Part shown: in pieces, positions 51,601 to 64,000 of the stretch
How positions within the stretch are numbered: the stretch's first letter is position 1
How the letters are laid out: every line of letters starts with the position of its first letter
Source of the DNA: Tubulanus polymorphus
Taxonomy: Eukaryota; Animalia; Nemertea
Direction of reading: 5' to 3'
Length of the DNA: 64,000 bases
NCBI RefSeq assembly: GCF_964204645.1
Contig: NC_134033.1
Span: forward strand, 186,001 to 250,000
The notes under the pieces: model-generated
Seen by the model: only the letters and a program-made list of their open reading frames with translations
Databases searched by the model: none
Told to the model about the DNA's origin: nothing
Position numbers and translations under genes: made by a program

Positions 51601-52634
51601 AGTTTACAATGTCGTATCACATTTATTGAAATGTTCAATATTTTCCTCTCTGAGTTTAGATAGAAAACGCACATACGATACACAAATATCAAATATCAAA
51701 TCTCCGATATCGTCGCAAATACTGAATCATGGAAATTGATTGTTCTAGATTTTCCCCACGCGTCACGTGATCAGTCGTTTAGTTTCTTTGTTGTCGGTGA
51801 AATAATTGTCGGCTGCAGGATAAAGCATCAATTCTACGAAGGTCACGAGGAGCTAAAATCGCGCACTCCAGAAAATAAAGAAAACGAGATATCTGCAATA
51901 GGCTGGCTGCTGGCTGGCTGGCTGGCTGGCTAGTTGGCTGACTGACTGACTGACTATTTTCACGCGTGTTAAAGACCAAGGAATCTGTAGATTGCGCGCG
52001 CAGTAGCCTGTTGAATCCTTGCATACAGCCTCAGGGGTCGACTGGTAATAGGCAGGTGCTATAATCTCTTGCATGAGTTGACGAGACGTTATTTTCACAC
52101 ACAAAGTTCAAGTCATTTAAAATTCGTCTTCAAAATGCAGTTTCGCGTGATGCGCAGAAACAGAACTCAATCATTATTTACAACACCTGCTACCCGTATG
52201 TACCTCGTTGAATATGGTAATTTATGCTAATGACCCGGCTGACGATCAGAGTTCGAATCCCGCTTTTTACGTGAAATTTTAATAGTTTTAGAAAGTAATT
52301 CTATTTCATTTCTGAATTTTCTTCCAATTGAAATTCGTAATACTAAAACTAATTAACTCCATGTTATTTAGCTCGCTGATTACAGGATATCCCGGTTTAA
52401 GCCCGGAGTATAACACGCCGAAACAAATCATCCTCAATTCAGAGTTAATCCACGATCGACAGAGATTAATCAAATCCATTTAATCTCGATTAACTCTAAT
52501 CCTCAGACTTGAGATGATAGATGATCTAACGTCTTTATTTTTGTATCTGGATTTTCTCTGGAGACAGGAATACATGGATAACTCTATATAGACTGAGAGA
52601 GAAAGGGGAGGGAGAGCAGAGTCACTGGACCCGA

Positions 52635-52945
52635 CCCGTTCCACAGTTTACTGAACCCCGTTCCACAGTTTACTGAACCCAGTTCCACAGTTTACTGAAC
52701 CCAGTTCCACAGTTTACTGAACCCAGTTCCACAGTTTACTGAACCCAGTTCCACAGTTTACTGAACCCAGTTCCACAGTTTACTGAACCCAGTTCCACAG
52801 TTTACTGAACCCAGTTTCACAGTTTACTGAACCCAGTTCCACAGTTTACTGAACCCAGTTCCACAGTTAACTGAATCCAGTTCCACAGTTTACTAAACCC
52901 AGTTTCACAGTTCTAGACCCAGTTCCACAGTTACTGGATTCAGTC
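52635..52945. repeat. 22-bp minisatellite (cccagttccacagtttactgaa)
   Basis: About 13 copies. Confidence 0.9.
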
Positions 52946-53377
52946 CCATAGATACTGGAAGCAGAGTTCTCTGTTAGTTTCAGAATCACACTCTCTCCCA
53001 ACCCACTCCACTCTCTCCCAACCCACTCCACTCTCTCCCAACCCACTCCACTCTTGTAGGCACTATACATTCTACAACGACTAATATGTATCACTTCCGC
53101 TTCCGTTTATCTTATAGATATTATTGTTATTGTCACAGTTAGAAAAAGAATCCATTTCCGGTGTCGCAAGCAGTGCGTACTCTCACGCACTGCCGAAACC
53201 GTATAAAATCATATTTCTGTTATCGATCCAGTTATTTACACCAGCTCCCCGTAATTAACACCCATTCACTACCAGTTACAATGTACTTAGTGTATTTAGT
53301 CTATGCGAGAATCGCCCTTATTTTGTAGCAAACTAACTGAATGTGACCTTATGTAGTCTAACTGTAAACTTAGCCCC

Positions 53378-53519
53378 AGGGGCCGGTTCCGCAGTTGAGA
53401 CTTAAGTCCAAAAATGGCCTTAAATTTTAACACTGGTCTTAGGTCGTTAGATTGGCAATAGAACTAGAATAGTCTTTAATTGGTCTTAAGTCTAAGCCAT
53501 GACTATGGAACTGGGCCCA
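53378..53519. mobile_element. ~140-bp MITE-like element, same family as 1042-1153
   Basis: Termini ggccggttccgcagt / actatggaactgggcc; shares tagaacta and catgactatggaactgg with 1042-1153. Confidence 0.55.
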
Positions 53520-56167
53520 GGATTCTGTACAACAGATGGCGTATGTTTATATCTGAAGTGGTTGATACTGTGTACAAGTGCAATCAGAAACAATTCCTTC
53601 AATATTCCTTAAACTATAATTGTAAATATAAAACTAACTGAATAGTTGTTCTATTGTGAAGTTTCACGGTGAAATGTGACGTCGATTTCGAAGAAAAGGT
53701 ATTGGAATTTTAATGGACTTCTATATATTTTTATCGAAAATCTATTTTCACACGTGTAACTTCACGATTTTTGAATATTATTTACGACCTGAAAATTTGA
53801 AACTTTTTGATATTATTTATGGGTAGATTTTATTGGTGTCCGTGATGACAGAGGTAACAACAACAATGTCATCGACCGTTATCTCCACAGAACAGGTTCG
53901 CGCTAATCCGCTAAAAAACATCATTCTTAAACATGAATTTATGAATTTTTGAAAGTAGCAGCAGTAGCAGCCTGTACAGCGGTCTGTCGCGTCAAAATAT
54001 TCATTCCATAAATTTCACTGCGCAGGACCGTTAGAACTTGTCTTAACAACTGTCTGAAACATTTCGGGGATTTAATGTTGGCTTTATTTGCATTATTAAA
54101 GCATTACCTACCACAATAGAATTCATTAAATGTTTATATTGACGAAATCATCGATGTACATTCATTTGATGCGCGGAACAGACATAAAATTCCGGTGATA
54201 TTGAAAAAGAAAAAGCTAGTTCTATGAGTTCTATGAAAAAATGCGGGATTCGAACCCTCTCAAACCGAATACAATCGTAAAAGCATAAATATTGCAGGAT
54301 TCGAACCTACTCTGGCCGAAACAAGCGTGTTCATTAACATAGAATTAGCATATTCACTTCTCATGGCTGGTAGATAAATAAACAAATGATTTTGGACCAA
54401 TCATATTATATTTACACGATAACGCCTTAGTTTTCTATAGTAAAAAGTTACGCGTTTCGATATCGGTAAAAAATGATACCAAAAAAAGATGCTGAAGGCT
54501 AATTCTGAGATAGTGTTACCATAAATACATAAATACCTAAAAAAGACGATTTTATCAATTTCTGCTTTTAATGATAATCGAATTTGAAACTTGTGTCATT
54601 TTTGGGGTGAAAATTACGCCCATTAAAAGTCATTGATTCATGCAGGAAAAAAGATTTTTTTAAAAGAAATTATCAATAAAAATGAATTGGAAATTGTAAC
54701 ACAATAAATGACAAATAAAAAGGAGATATATTTTCACCCCTCGGCGCTCCGTGAGTGCGCTTTCATATAAACTACACTTCGAATTTTGAACGGTTTGCTT
54801 TGTCGCAGTTATTATTTCTCTCGAATCGACTTTTTATATTTTTTTTTCGGTTCAAGTTTCAAAGCCGTTAAAGAATCAATAATTATCTAATCGATTTCAA
54901 AGTTCGACGAACACTTTGACTTGCACAGATTGCGTCGAAACTGGAAGGCTATAGTTGATTCTTTCATCGAAGGCAATTTTCCAAAACAAAACACAACGGC
55001 GTAGAGGTCATTATCACAAACAGCTAGAAACCGTTAATGATGTTTGAATTGAAGAGGTGGGCAGTGATTGGCTTACACAGATCTTAGTGATGTTTATACC
55101 TGACTAGTGAATTCATCATTTAGCTATGTATTTATACATTGTGCACATTAAAAGTGGAGAATAAGAAATATTGGAAAAACAAACTGCATTAATTCACGTA
55201 GGCCTTTAGGCTGTGATTTTAATGATCGGTAGAGTGAGTTGGGAGAGAGAGAGGAGAGAGACGAGGAGAGACAGGAGGAGAGAGGAGGAGAGAGAGGAGG
55301 AGAGACAGGAGGAGAGAGGAGGAGAGAGAGGAGGAGAGACAGGAGGAGAGAGAGGAGGAGAGAGAGGAGGAGAGACGAGGAGAGAGACAGGAGAGAGAGG
55401 AGGAGAGACAGGAGGAGAGAGACGAGGAGAGAGCCAGGAGGAGAGAGGAGGAGAGACGAGGAGGACTCCGATATTTCTCACGTGCAATCCATCCAGAAAT
55501 AGCTCAGTCTCAATACATACAATTATTCAAAGTATGCTGAAATCATCTTGCATCATAAAAACCTTCAAACAGATATCGATTAGTAGAATAAAATAATCAT
55601 TGTGCACGTGGATTCTACCTCTGGCAATCGAGGTGACACATTTTGAAGAGTTATTTCGATTGCTGTCAAAATGGCGTCACCAGATTTTCATTATTTATTC
55701 AGACTTACGCTTTTTTAAATATCTCTACGCATGCGCACTGCGTTAACCGTTAAAAACCGTTACTTTAATTCAATTTGGTCGGGCGTCTCTTTCTCCGTGG
55801 ATCGAGGCTAGAAATGTCGCGTGTGCGGTGAAGGACTGAATTCTGTCGGAGCATTCCCCGGGGATTCGTGTCCCTGTATTTTGAGCTTTACTTCCAGGTT
55901 TTTGGCTAATTCGATAAAATCTCTCTATAAAGTCTTCAGTAAAGGATGAAATACTGTTTACTGATACATTTTGCGTCGTTCTCTGAAGAAGAAAGTCCCT
56001 GTAAAAAACCAACTGTGTAAATATTCACAGATCTTATAGCTTTTGAACTCTTGGGAATCAACGGGCAGAGACTCTAAAAGAGGAGACCAATTCAAAAACT
56101 GCAATCACATTACTGATAAACACTGCAGCAGTTTGTATCTAGTTTGTCAATGTCGTTTTTTCATAGT

Positions 56168-56787
56168 ACAGTTCTGTATCCAGTTCCACAGTTCTGTATC
56201 CAGTTCCACAGTTCTGTATCCAGTTCCACAGTTCTGTATCCAGTTCCACAGTTCTGGACTCAGTTTATATCAGTTTATAGTTTTATATTCTGAACCCAGT
56301 TCAACAGTGTCCTTAATCCAGTTCCACAGGTCTGGACTCCAGTTTCCATAGTTCCATAGTTCCATAGTTTCCTTGGTCCAGTTCCACAGTTCTGGACTCG
56401 GTTCCACAGTTTCCTTGGTCCAGCTCCACAGTTCTGGGCTCAGTTCCACAGTTTCCTTGGTCCAGTTCCACAGTTCTGGACTCGGTTCCACAGTTTCCTT
56501 GGTCCAGTTCCACGGTTCTGGGCTCAGTTCCACAGTTTCCTTGGTCCAGTTCCACAGTTCTGGACTCGGTTCCACAGTTTCCTTGGTCCAGCTCCACAGT
56601 TCTGGGCTCAGTTCCACAGTTTCCTTGGTCCAGTTCCACAGTTCTGGACTCGGTTCCACAGTTTCCTTGGTCCAGTTCCACGGTTCTGGGCTCAGTTCCA
56701 CAGTTTCCTTGGTCCAGTTCCACAGTTCTGGACTCAGTTCCACAGTTTCCTTGGTCCAGTTCCACAGTTCTAGATCTAGTTCCACAC
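56168..56787. repeat. Minisatellite of ccagttccacagtt (20-bp then 42-bp units)
   Basis: Direct inspection. Confidence 0.9.
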
Positions 56788-57245
56788 TTCAGTCCGAAAC
56801 ACCCATTTCAATTTTCACAATTAACGAGAAATATGTCGCTACTTCCGGCTTATGAATTTCCGGTGTATTCAAAATGACGTCATAAAATAGAACGGAAGTG
56901 CGTCAGTAAATATTTCAACCAATTAACGCGATCTGATCTGAATCCGATACTGATTAACACCAGTTTTATAGTTATAATGTAATCTATATCATTAACTCAA
57001 ATGGCCCCGATCATCATGGACCCAAATGGCCCCGATCATGGACCCGATTCCACAGGTTGTGGATCCACAGTAGTCTAATACCAAAAGTTTTAAAACATTC
57101 TTTAGCCCAACGCAGATATCTTCGTAAAACCGACCCCAGAACTTCAAATCAAAGTCTGAACCATATTGATAATTTCCAGATTATATCAATCCGAAAGCTG
57201 CCTCAGTGTATATAGACACGAGTAGTGGTCAATCTGACCACAAGT

Positions 57246-57318
57246 GGCGCCGTGGCTTAGCGGTTAAAGCGCCTGTCTAGTAAACAGGAGATCCCCGGTT
57301 CAAATCCGGGCGGTGCCT
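57246..57318 (+). tRNA. tRNA-Thr(AGT)
   Basis: Acceptor stem GGCGCCG/CGGTGCC, D-arm with A-box, anticodon arm CCTGT-CT-AGT-AA-ACAGG, T-arm GGTTCAAATCC, downstream T-run terminator. Confidence 0.95.
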
Positions 57319-59321
57319 TTATTTTTATGCTACTGGCTAATTAATAGTTTCTGTTTCGGGGATTCGGAATTCCAAAATAAACTGGTGTAAATTGTTGTAT
57401 CTTAATCTAAAAAACTAAAGCGAAGAAACAAACATCAGAAAAATTGACACCAAACGCGATTTACATAAAATGAGAAAAATTGACATCTTTTTTTTAAGAG
57501 AAGGTAAATAATGTGTGCGGCTCCGAATCAGTTCGTTAGTTATAAATCAATATTAACCAACATCGCAGTAACTCAGAACGTTCCAGACGTACAAATATCT
57601 TACGTAAAGCATATACGAGTATTTATGTATTTTTACGTCGTTAACGCTACAAAACGCTGCCGCTGATATAAAAGCGTTTGTTGATTCGATAAAAAGAAAA
57701 CGGATACGTTCAGCGTAAACGTTGTGCAACCTGACACGGTTAGGGACCCTCCAGTTAATTGCAACCACAAATTAAACGTCGTATGTCGTATTATTAAACG
57801 TCGTATGTTGTATTATTAAACGTCGTATGTCGTATTATTAAACGTCGTATGTCGTATTATAGAAATCAAAGATCAATGATCCTATCAGACCCGCGCACAG
57901 GGCGGTGAACGGAGTCAGAGTTTCTGATTAACAAAAACAAAGATGATTCTGGATGCTATTTCAACCCCCCTCCTCTCCCTCCCCCTCCCTCCCCCTGCTC
58001 CCCTCCTCCCAAACAAATCATTCGTTATCGATAAAAGCTTTAATTAACAACGTTTATAATTATAATTCCAGGGTCCAGTCTCACGATTCAGGCCTTAATC
58101 GATTTAAGAGTTAAAACTCTATGTGAAACTGGAGCTAGGGCCCAAAATTTATCCTAAAAGAAGAATTGATTAACTTTTAAACCGATTTAGGATTGAAATG
58201 ATTTAACGAAGAGTTAAATCGATTCGTGAAACTGTAGAATATCTCAAGGATTGATGTGGAGTCGATCTGGAGTCGATCTGGAGTAGATCTGGAGTAGATC
58301 TGGAGTAGATCTGGAGTAGATCTGGAGTCGATCTGGAGTCGATCTGGAGTAGACCCGGTTTTAAAACGCGTCCTATATCGAGTTAAAACCTTCATAAGAA
58401 AACTGTGTCGCCAAAAAAATCAAACGAATAAAAATAACGGATAAAAAAGAGAATCGCTCGCGTAAATACTGTATTGATCCGTGTTGACGTCATATCCGGT
58501 TTGTCCGTAGTAATGCAGCTACGGATTGCTGTTTGATGTCAGTGACAGTTAAAGGGTGGCTCTGACCAGCTTGTCTATATTTTTCTTGGTGTCGAGTTGT
58601 TTTTTACCCCCTTGCCGTTAACTCAAGGTGATTTCATCTTGCGCCGAACCAGAAAAATATCCATGTGATGAAATCCAGTATCTACTGAAGTGCTCCAGAT
58701 AAAAGTCGAAACAGAAATAGGAGAAAAATCGAAAATTTACCGGTCACAAATTCTATAAAAGGATGAAACTTAGAATCATATTCAATCTGTACAAATTATC
58801 CGCCGAGTTTCGGTAATTACCAACACAAGGGGGCGCTGTAATCAGATGGGCATTTGATCACCCGTTAAATGGGAATTTAGGGGAGAGAGAGAAGAGCCAA
58901 GGAAGGGAGGGAGGAAGGGAGGAAGGGAGGGAGGGAGGAGGGAGGAGGGAGGAGGGAGGCAAGGAGGAAGGGAGGGGAGGAAGGGAGGAAGGAGGGAGGA
59001 GGGAGGAGGGGAGCAGCTCTATGAACTATTAAGTAAGCTCGTAATTTCTGCTGTATATTTTGTAGCTATCGCGCGCAGGGGAAATTGTACGAACTAAATA
59101 CAGTATTGTCCATCGATAACCGGATATCCGGCTAGCCATTAACTCACAACACAGATAACTACTCCTTCAATAAATAAACCCCTCATTCAGACTATATAAT
59201 CTTAGACTATCTTTAATCTCGCGGACTAGCTTTAATCTCGTACTAGTTAACGGACGATGGCCGCTATCTGGTCGCTTCCGGTTGCTCAGAACGACAATAA
59301 GATAGAAGTCGCCAAAACAAA

Positions 59322-59520
<199 letters not shown>

Positions 59521-60052
59521 TTAGAATAACTAGTAACAATCTACGAGCCGAATGATATATGATATATGATAAATGATATACGGTTGTAGTGTTAATCCAT
59601 CTCAGTTTTCAATGATTGCTTTTGTAAACTGTCTCATTTTCTCTCCCTCTCTCTCTCCCTCTCTCTCTCTCCCCCCTCTCTCTCTCAGTGAGATAGAATG
59701 ACAAGAAGAAGAACAATTTCTATTTTCATTTAAGAACCTCTCAAACATAAAACGTGGAAAAGTTGAATTGAAACCCTAGTTTTGAGGTCGTGAGAGTAAG
59801 GTGTTGATACCGCGAGAGACCGAGCTGACTGCACTCATTCAGTGCGAGATACTTGAAAATCTAGTGTCGTGAAAATCGTTTTATAATCTGCACTCGACGC
59901 CAATTATCCGGTCATTAAGTCTTCGGACCTAAAGCGAAAACGATTAAGCGCTGGTTAGATTGAGATGTGAACGCTGAGACGACGGCAAGAGAGAGATAGG
60001 GAGATGGATCTCCCTATCTAAAAACCGTAATTTCATCTTTTGTCAGACTTTT

Positions 60053-60400
60053 GAACTGGGTCCAGAAACAACTGTGGAACTGGGTTCAGAGTCAAATTAA
60101 ACCCACACAACTGTGGAACTGGATTCAGAGTCAAATTAAACCCACACAACTGTGGAACTGGGTTCAGAGTCAAATTAAACCCACACAACTGTGGAACTGG
60201 GTTCAGAGTCAAATTAAACCCACACAACTGTGGAACTGGATTCAGAGTCAAATTAAACCCAGGCAACTGTGGAACTGGGTTCAGAGTCAAATTAAACCCA
60301 CAGAACTGTGGAACTGGATTCAGAGTCAAATTAAACCCAGGCAACTGTGGAACTGGGTTCAGAGTCAAATTAAACCCACACAACTGTGGAACTGGATCCA
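60053..60400. repeat. 39-bp minisatellite (caactgtggaactgggttcagagtcaaattaaacccaca)
   Basis: About 8-9 copies. Confidence 0.9.
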
Positions 60401-61937
60401 CATGTACATATCTATATCGACATCAGTTAAACTGTCTGATGGGCCGAGACGGTTGTCATGAAGTGTGTGGCCAGGAATTGTAAACAGTAACAGTAACTAG
60501 CCAGTGATATATAAATAATTGAAATGTTTCAATCATGCGGGATGCGTGCTGTGCGGGAAGGGGGTACTGTGCGAGGGGCCGTGCGGGGGGGGGGCGTGCA
60601 GGGGGAGTCTTTGTTTTATTATGAGTCTCTAGGCGTGTGACACGCCGCAGATGCGACATGTAATAATAATCATACTAATATATAACAGCTATAATTCCCA
60701 CAGTGATTTAGATCAGAGACATTTCATTAAGTGCCAAGCGGCTTATACCCGGACTAGAGAGGGCTAGAGAGAGATAGAGAGAGAGGGGGGCTAGAGAGAG
60801 ATAGAGAGAGAGGGGGGCTGGTACGTATTATCTCTACGTGGAGATGTGTGTGAATGGCCGTGGAGTAGTATGGCTCTCAAACTCTGATGTCAGGTTGATG
60901 CCTATACTATCCGGGGTATGGTTGAACAGTATGATCAGCCCCTGGGGCTGGCAATATGTGTCTAGACACAGTTAATTAATCAACGGACGCCCAGCAGTAA
61001 CAGACGTAACCTCAATATGAAAACTGTTCGAAACTTTGGTTGAATCAAAAAGATTTAGACGCCGATCTCTCCAGCCTGGACAAGCAGTCACTGGATCCAG
61101 GGTTTATACAAATAAAAACTTCAGAACAAAGTCAGCTTTAGTTGCACAATGTCACGTGTTCAGTTGCTTGAATGATTGTTCAGATTGGTCTCAGTAAACC
61201 CCCCTCGAAGCCGCCGCCATGTTTAACGCCTGATTTAAAGTGAGCTCAGTGTCGTGATGTGTGTGTTCCCCACGTCATTTTCCTACAGTTATCAGTGTTG
61301 TCATGTGTGTTCCCGGCGTCATTTTCTGCGATACTGTTAAATTAGATTAGTGCACGGCGTCACACACCTGTCTCCATGGCTCACACAGAAATCACTGTCT
61401 CTGATACCGGGTCGATTTTAGCCACGAGGGTTTTACAGATTCTTTGTAACCTTTAGATCCGGCATCGCGCGCGAGACCGAGAGCTACGACGACTACGACG
61501 CAGTCAAAACCCGCTTTGGAAGTTTCGTTTCAAATAGTTTTTAAAGCTTTGATGAAATCGATAAAAATTAGAAAGAAATCGTTGAGACATAGCCGTCGGT
61601 AGATGGCGCACGAAGCCGGTGGTTATGGTTAGAATTTACTAGAAAGCGCGGGCCATGGATCGAAATAGTTTTGAAAAGTCTTCAAAGTTCCGTTACTTTA
61701 AAAATGATATCTACAGGCCGAAAAACCGGTTATAACGATAATAGTTGGGACAAAGCTGTCGGCAGAGGGCGCTTCAAGGTGGCGGCCATGTTTGTTGAGA
61801 TATTCAATGTGTGTGGATTGTAACAAGTCCTGTTTAAATTCCACCCCCAACTGTCAACACATCGCCGAATTAATTAAACTCTGTTCCGACCGCGTGATTA
61901 GAATTAAACTCAATTTCAATCGAATAAATGAATATCC

Positions 61938-62385
61938 GAAACTCCCAACATCTCAGAGAGAGAAAGAGACTTTCATTCAAAACTCCCAACATCTCAGAGA
62001 GAGAAGAGACTTTCATTCAAAACTCCCAACATCTCAGAGAGAGAAGAGACTCTCATTCAAAACTCCCAACATCTCAGAGAGAGAAGAGACTTTCATTCAA
62101 AACTCCCAACATCTCAGAGAGAGAAAGAGACTCTCATTCAAAACTCCCAACATCTCAGAGAGAGAAAGAGACTTTCATTCGAAACTCCCAACATCTCAGA
62201 GAGAGAAGAGACTCTCATTCAAAACTCCCAACATCTCAGAGAGAGAAGAGACTTTCATTCAAAACTCCCAACATCTCAGAGAGAGAAAGAGACTCTCATT
62301 CAAAACTCCCAACATCTCAGAGAGAGAAAGAGACTTTCATTCGAAACTCCCAACATCTCAGAGAGAAAGAGATTCTCATTCGAAA
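61938..62385. repeat. 40-42-bp minisatellite (aaactcccaacatctcagagagagaagagactttcattca)
   Basis: About 11 copies. Confidence 0.9.
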
Positions 62386-62984
62386 ATTTGAAATGTTACG
62401 TTGCTTTTTTCAGTTTTCTATCTAAATCGTGTACTTTATGGCCTAGTATTGTAACAAGCGTTTAAAGGTTGTGAGGTTTGACGAATAACCCAACAGTTAA
62501 AACCTTTGGAAACCAAGCTCTCCGAAGAATTACGCATAGGAAGATAGCCAAGACTAGTCACGTGGCTAATCTGCATGTGTATTTCAGCGATGAAGATTGT
62601 GTCGTCTGGCTACTATTAATATCGATTTGTTACCGGCCGGTATCACGTGAGCCGCACGTGCAACAGAAGCGGTAAATGAATGAAAATGCGATCCATTAAA
62701 AAGCGATGCAGATTTTGACAAAGTGAAAAACGTGTATTTATTCACTAATCAAGTCTAGTTTGATAAATCGATAAAACGTGCTCGGATTATTGATCGTTCG
62801 CCCGAAATTAATCGTTGCTCCGGTGACGCGTATCGATTACTGACTGATTGTTTAGTCGACCTATTTAAAAAGATTTTACAAAAAGGTGGAGAAAATTACT
62901 TTGTCTTTGAAATGGGCCCTGGTGGTGTTTCGAATTTCAATTTTTGGCTTACACCAAAATCAGGAAAGCTCCGGCAGACATCGA

Positions 62985-63076
62985 GCCCCAGTGGCACAAT
63001 CGGTTAGCGCGCCGTACTTATAGACAGTCGTGGCTGAGCTATGCGGAGGTTGAGAGTTCGAGCCTCTCCTGGGGCA
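62985..63076 (+). tRNA. tRNA-Ile(TAT) with an 18-nt intron (63023-63040)
   Basis: Acceptor GCCCCAG/CTGGGGC plus discriminator A; anticodon arm CCGTA-CT-TAT-A[intron]A-TGCGG; T-arm GAGAG-TTCGAGC-CTCTC; T-run after. Eukaryotic Ile-TAT genes typically carry this intron. Confidence 0.93.
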
Positions 63077-64000
63077 CTCCAATTTTTTTTCACCTTTGGT
63101 CGTCGATTTTTTTAAATCTTTAAGTCGTCGATTCTACCGTAATGTAAAAATTAAACACTGAATTATTGTTCTGATACCGCGGCCTAGTATAGAAATATTC
63201 TCAGAGTGAAAATATGTGTTCGTTTCACCGCAAAACGTCACAAATAATAACGTTTTAATTATTGATGGCGATTTCGTAGAAAACGTTTCAGATTTCGGAG
63301 CAGCGAGCAGTGAGTTGCGAGCAGCGAGTTGTGAGTTGTGAGTTGTGTGAAAGTAATACATGTCATGCAGTTTATGTTACAATCCGGGTCTCAGAGTGTC
63401 TTAAAGTATATGTATCTCCTGAATGAGATGGAAGTCTAAGGGTAAGGTCACCACCTAAAGTCCTTGACCCCCCCCCTGCTCAGTATATAAACAGCCCCTC
63501 TGCATTAGATCTACACTTATTTTTACATGAATTACTTGATCGAACCAAATTACATTTAATTTTTCGAGATTTTCACAAAGTCTTTCTTATTTAAAAATCG
63601 TCTGCAATAAAAGTAAAAAATATCGACTTACCCGATTAGAATGCATAACGAGGCGAATAGAAACAACTGATATATAACACAGTTCACAGATATGGACGCC
63701 ATCTCGTGGAGCTTCTAGAAACTACAAAACATGAAAAACACGTGTACGCACAGAGTCAAAAGCCTTGAGAAAATGAGAGGGGACGAAAGCGAACTTATTG
63801 TTTAAAGGTATTCTTTGATAGTTTGTCTATACATGGTTTCTAAGCCTGCTAATCTACAGATATCAGAGAATCTACTGTCCGACGAGGTCAAAGCGATAGA
63901 TTGAGGTAATTAAGGCGTACCGCAGGGTAGTATAATAAGGGCATCATAGTTTCTCCAGACAATGACGACTTATACCCAGTGACAGCGGCGTACCGCAGGG

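Noticed and set aside
48745-54320. Isolated reverse B-boxes (GGATTCGAACC at ~48752, ~54246, ~54296) as tRNA genes
   Set aside because: No cloverleaf or A-box could be built; probably decayed SINE fragments.

Overview
Eukaryotic (invertebrate, probably lophotrochozoan; inferred) genomic DNA with many short GT-AG introns and many tandem repeats. It contains: (1) the 5' part of a ZZEF1 orthologue on the minus strand (ATG 14343, running off the left edge), with many introns occupied by their own minisatellite, some copying the splice site itself; (2) a head-to-head pair of type-I membrane IgSF receptor genes (gene A minus 30164-18643, gene B plus 31410-37373; signal peptide + 7 Ig + FN3 + membrane-proximal domain + TM). 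Their ectodomain regions form a ~4.1-4.4 kb inverted repeat with near-identical introns, but their leaders, TM segments and Tyr-motif tails are unrelated, which is the layout of a paired-receptor locus and the most notable system here; (3) the main exon of an MLD-type pedal-peptide/orcokinin-family neuropeptide precursor (minus 40026-39573); (4) tRNA-Thr(AGT) and an intron-containing tRNA-Ile(TAT); (5) MITEs, SINE/LINE/HINE-like remnants and satellites, many sharing the MITE terminal motif CCAGTTCCACAG. Most long ORFs in the track are read-throughs of tandem repeats. Gene models were assembled by eye from splice signals and reading phase; no database search was run.
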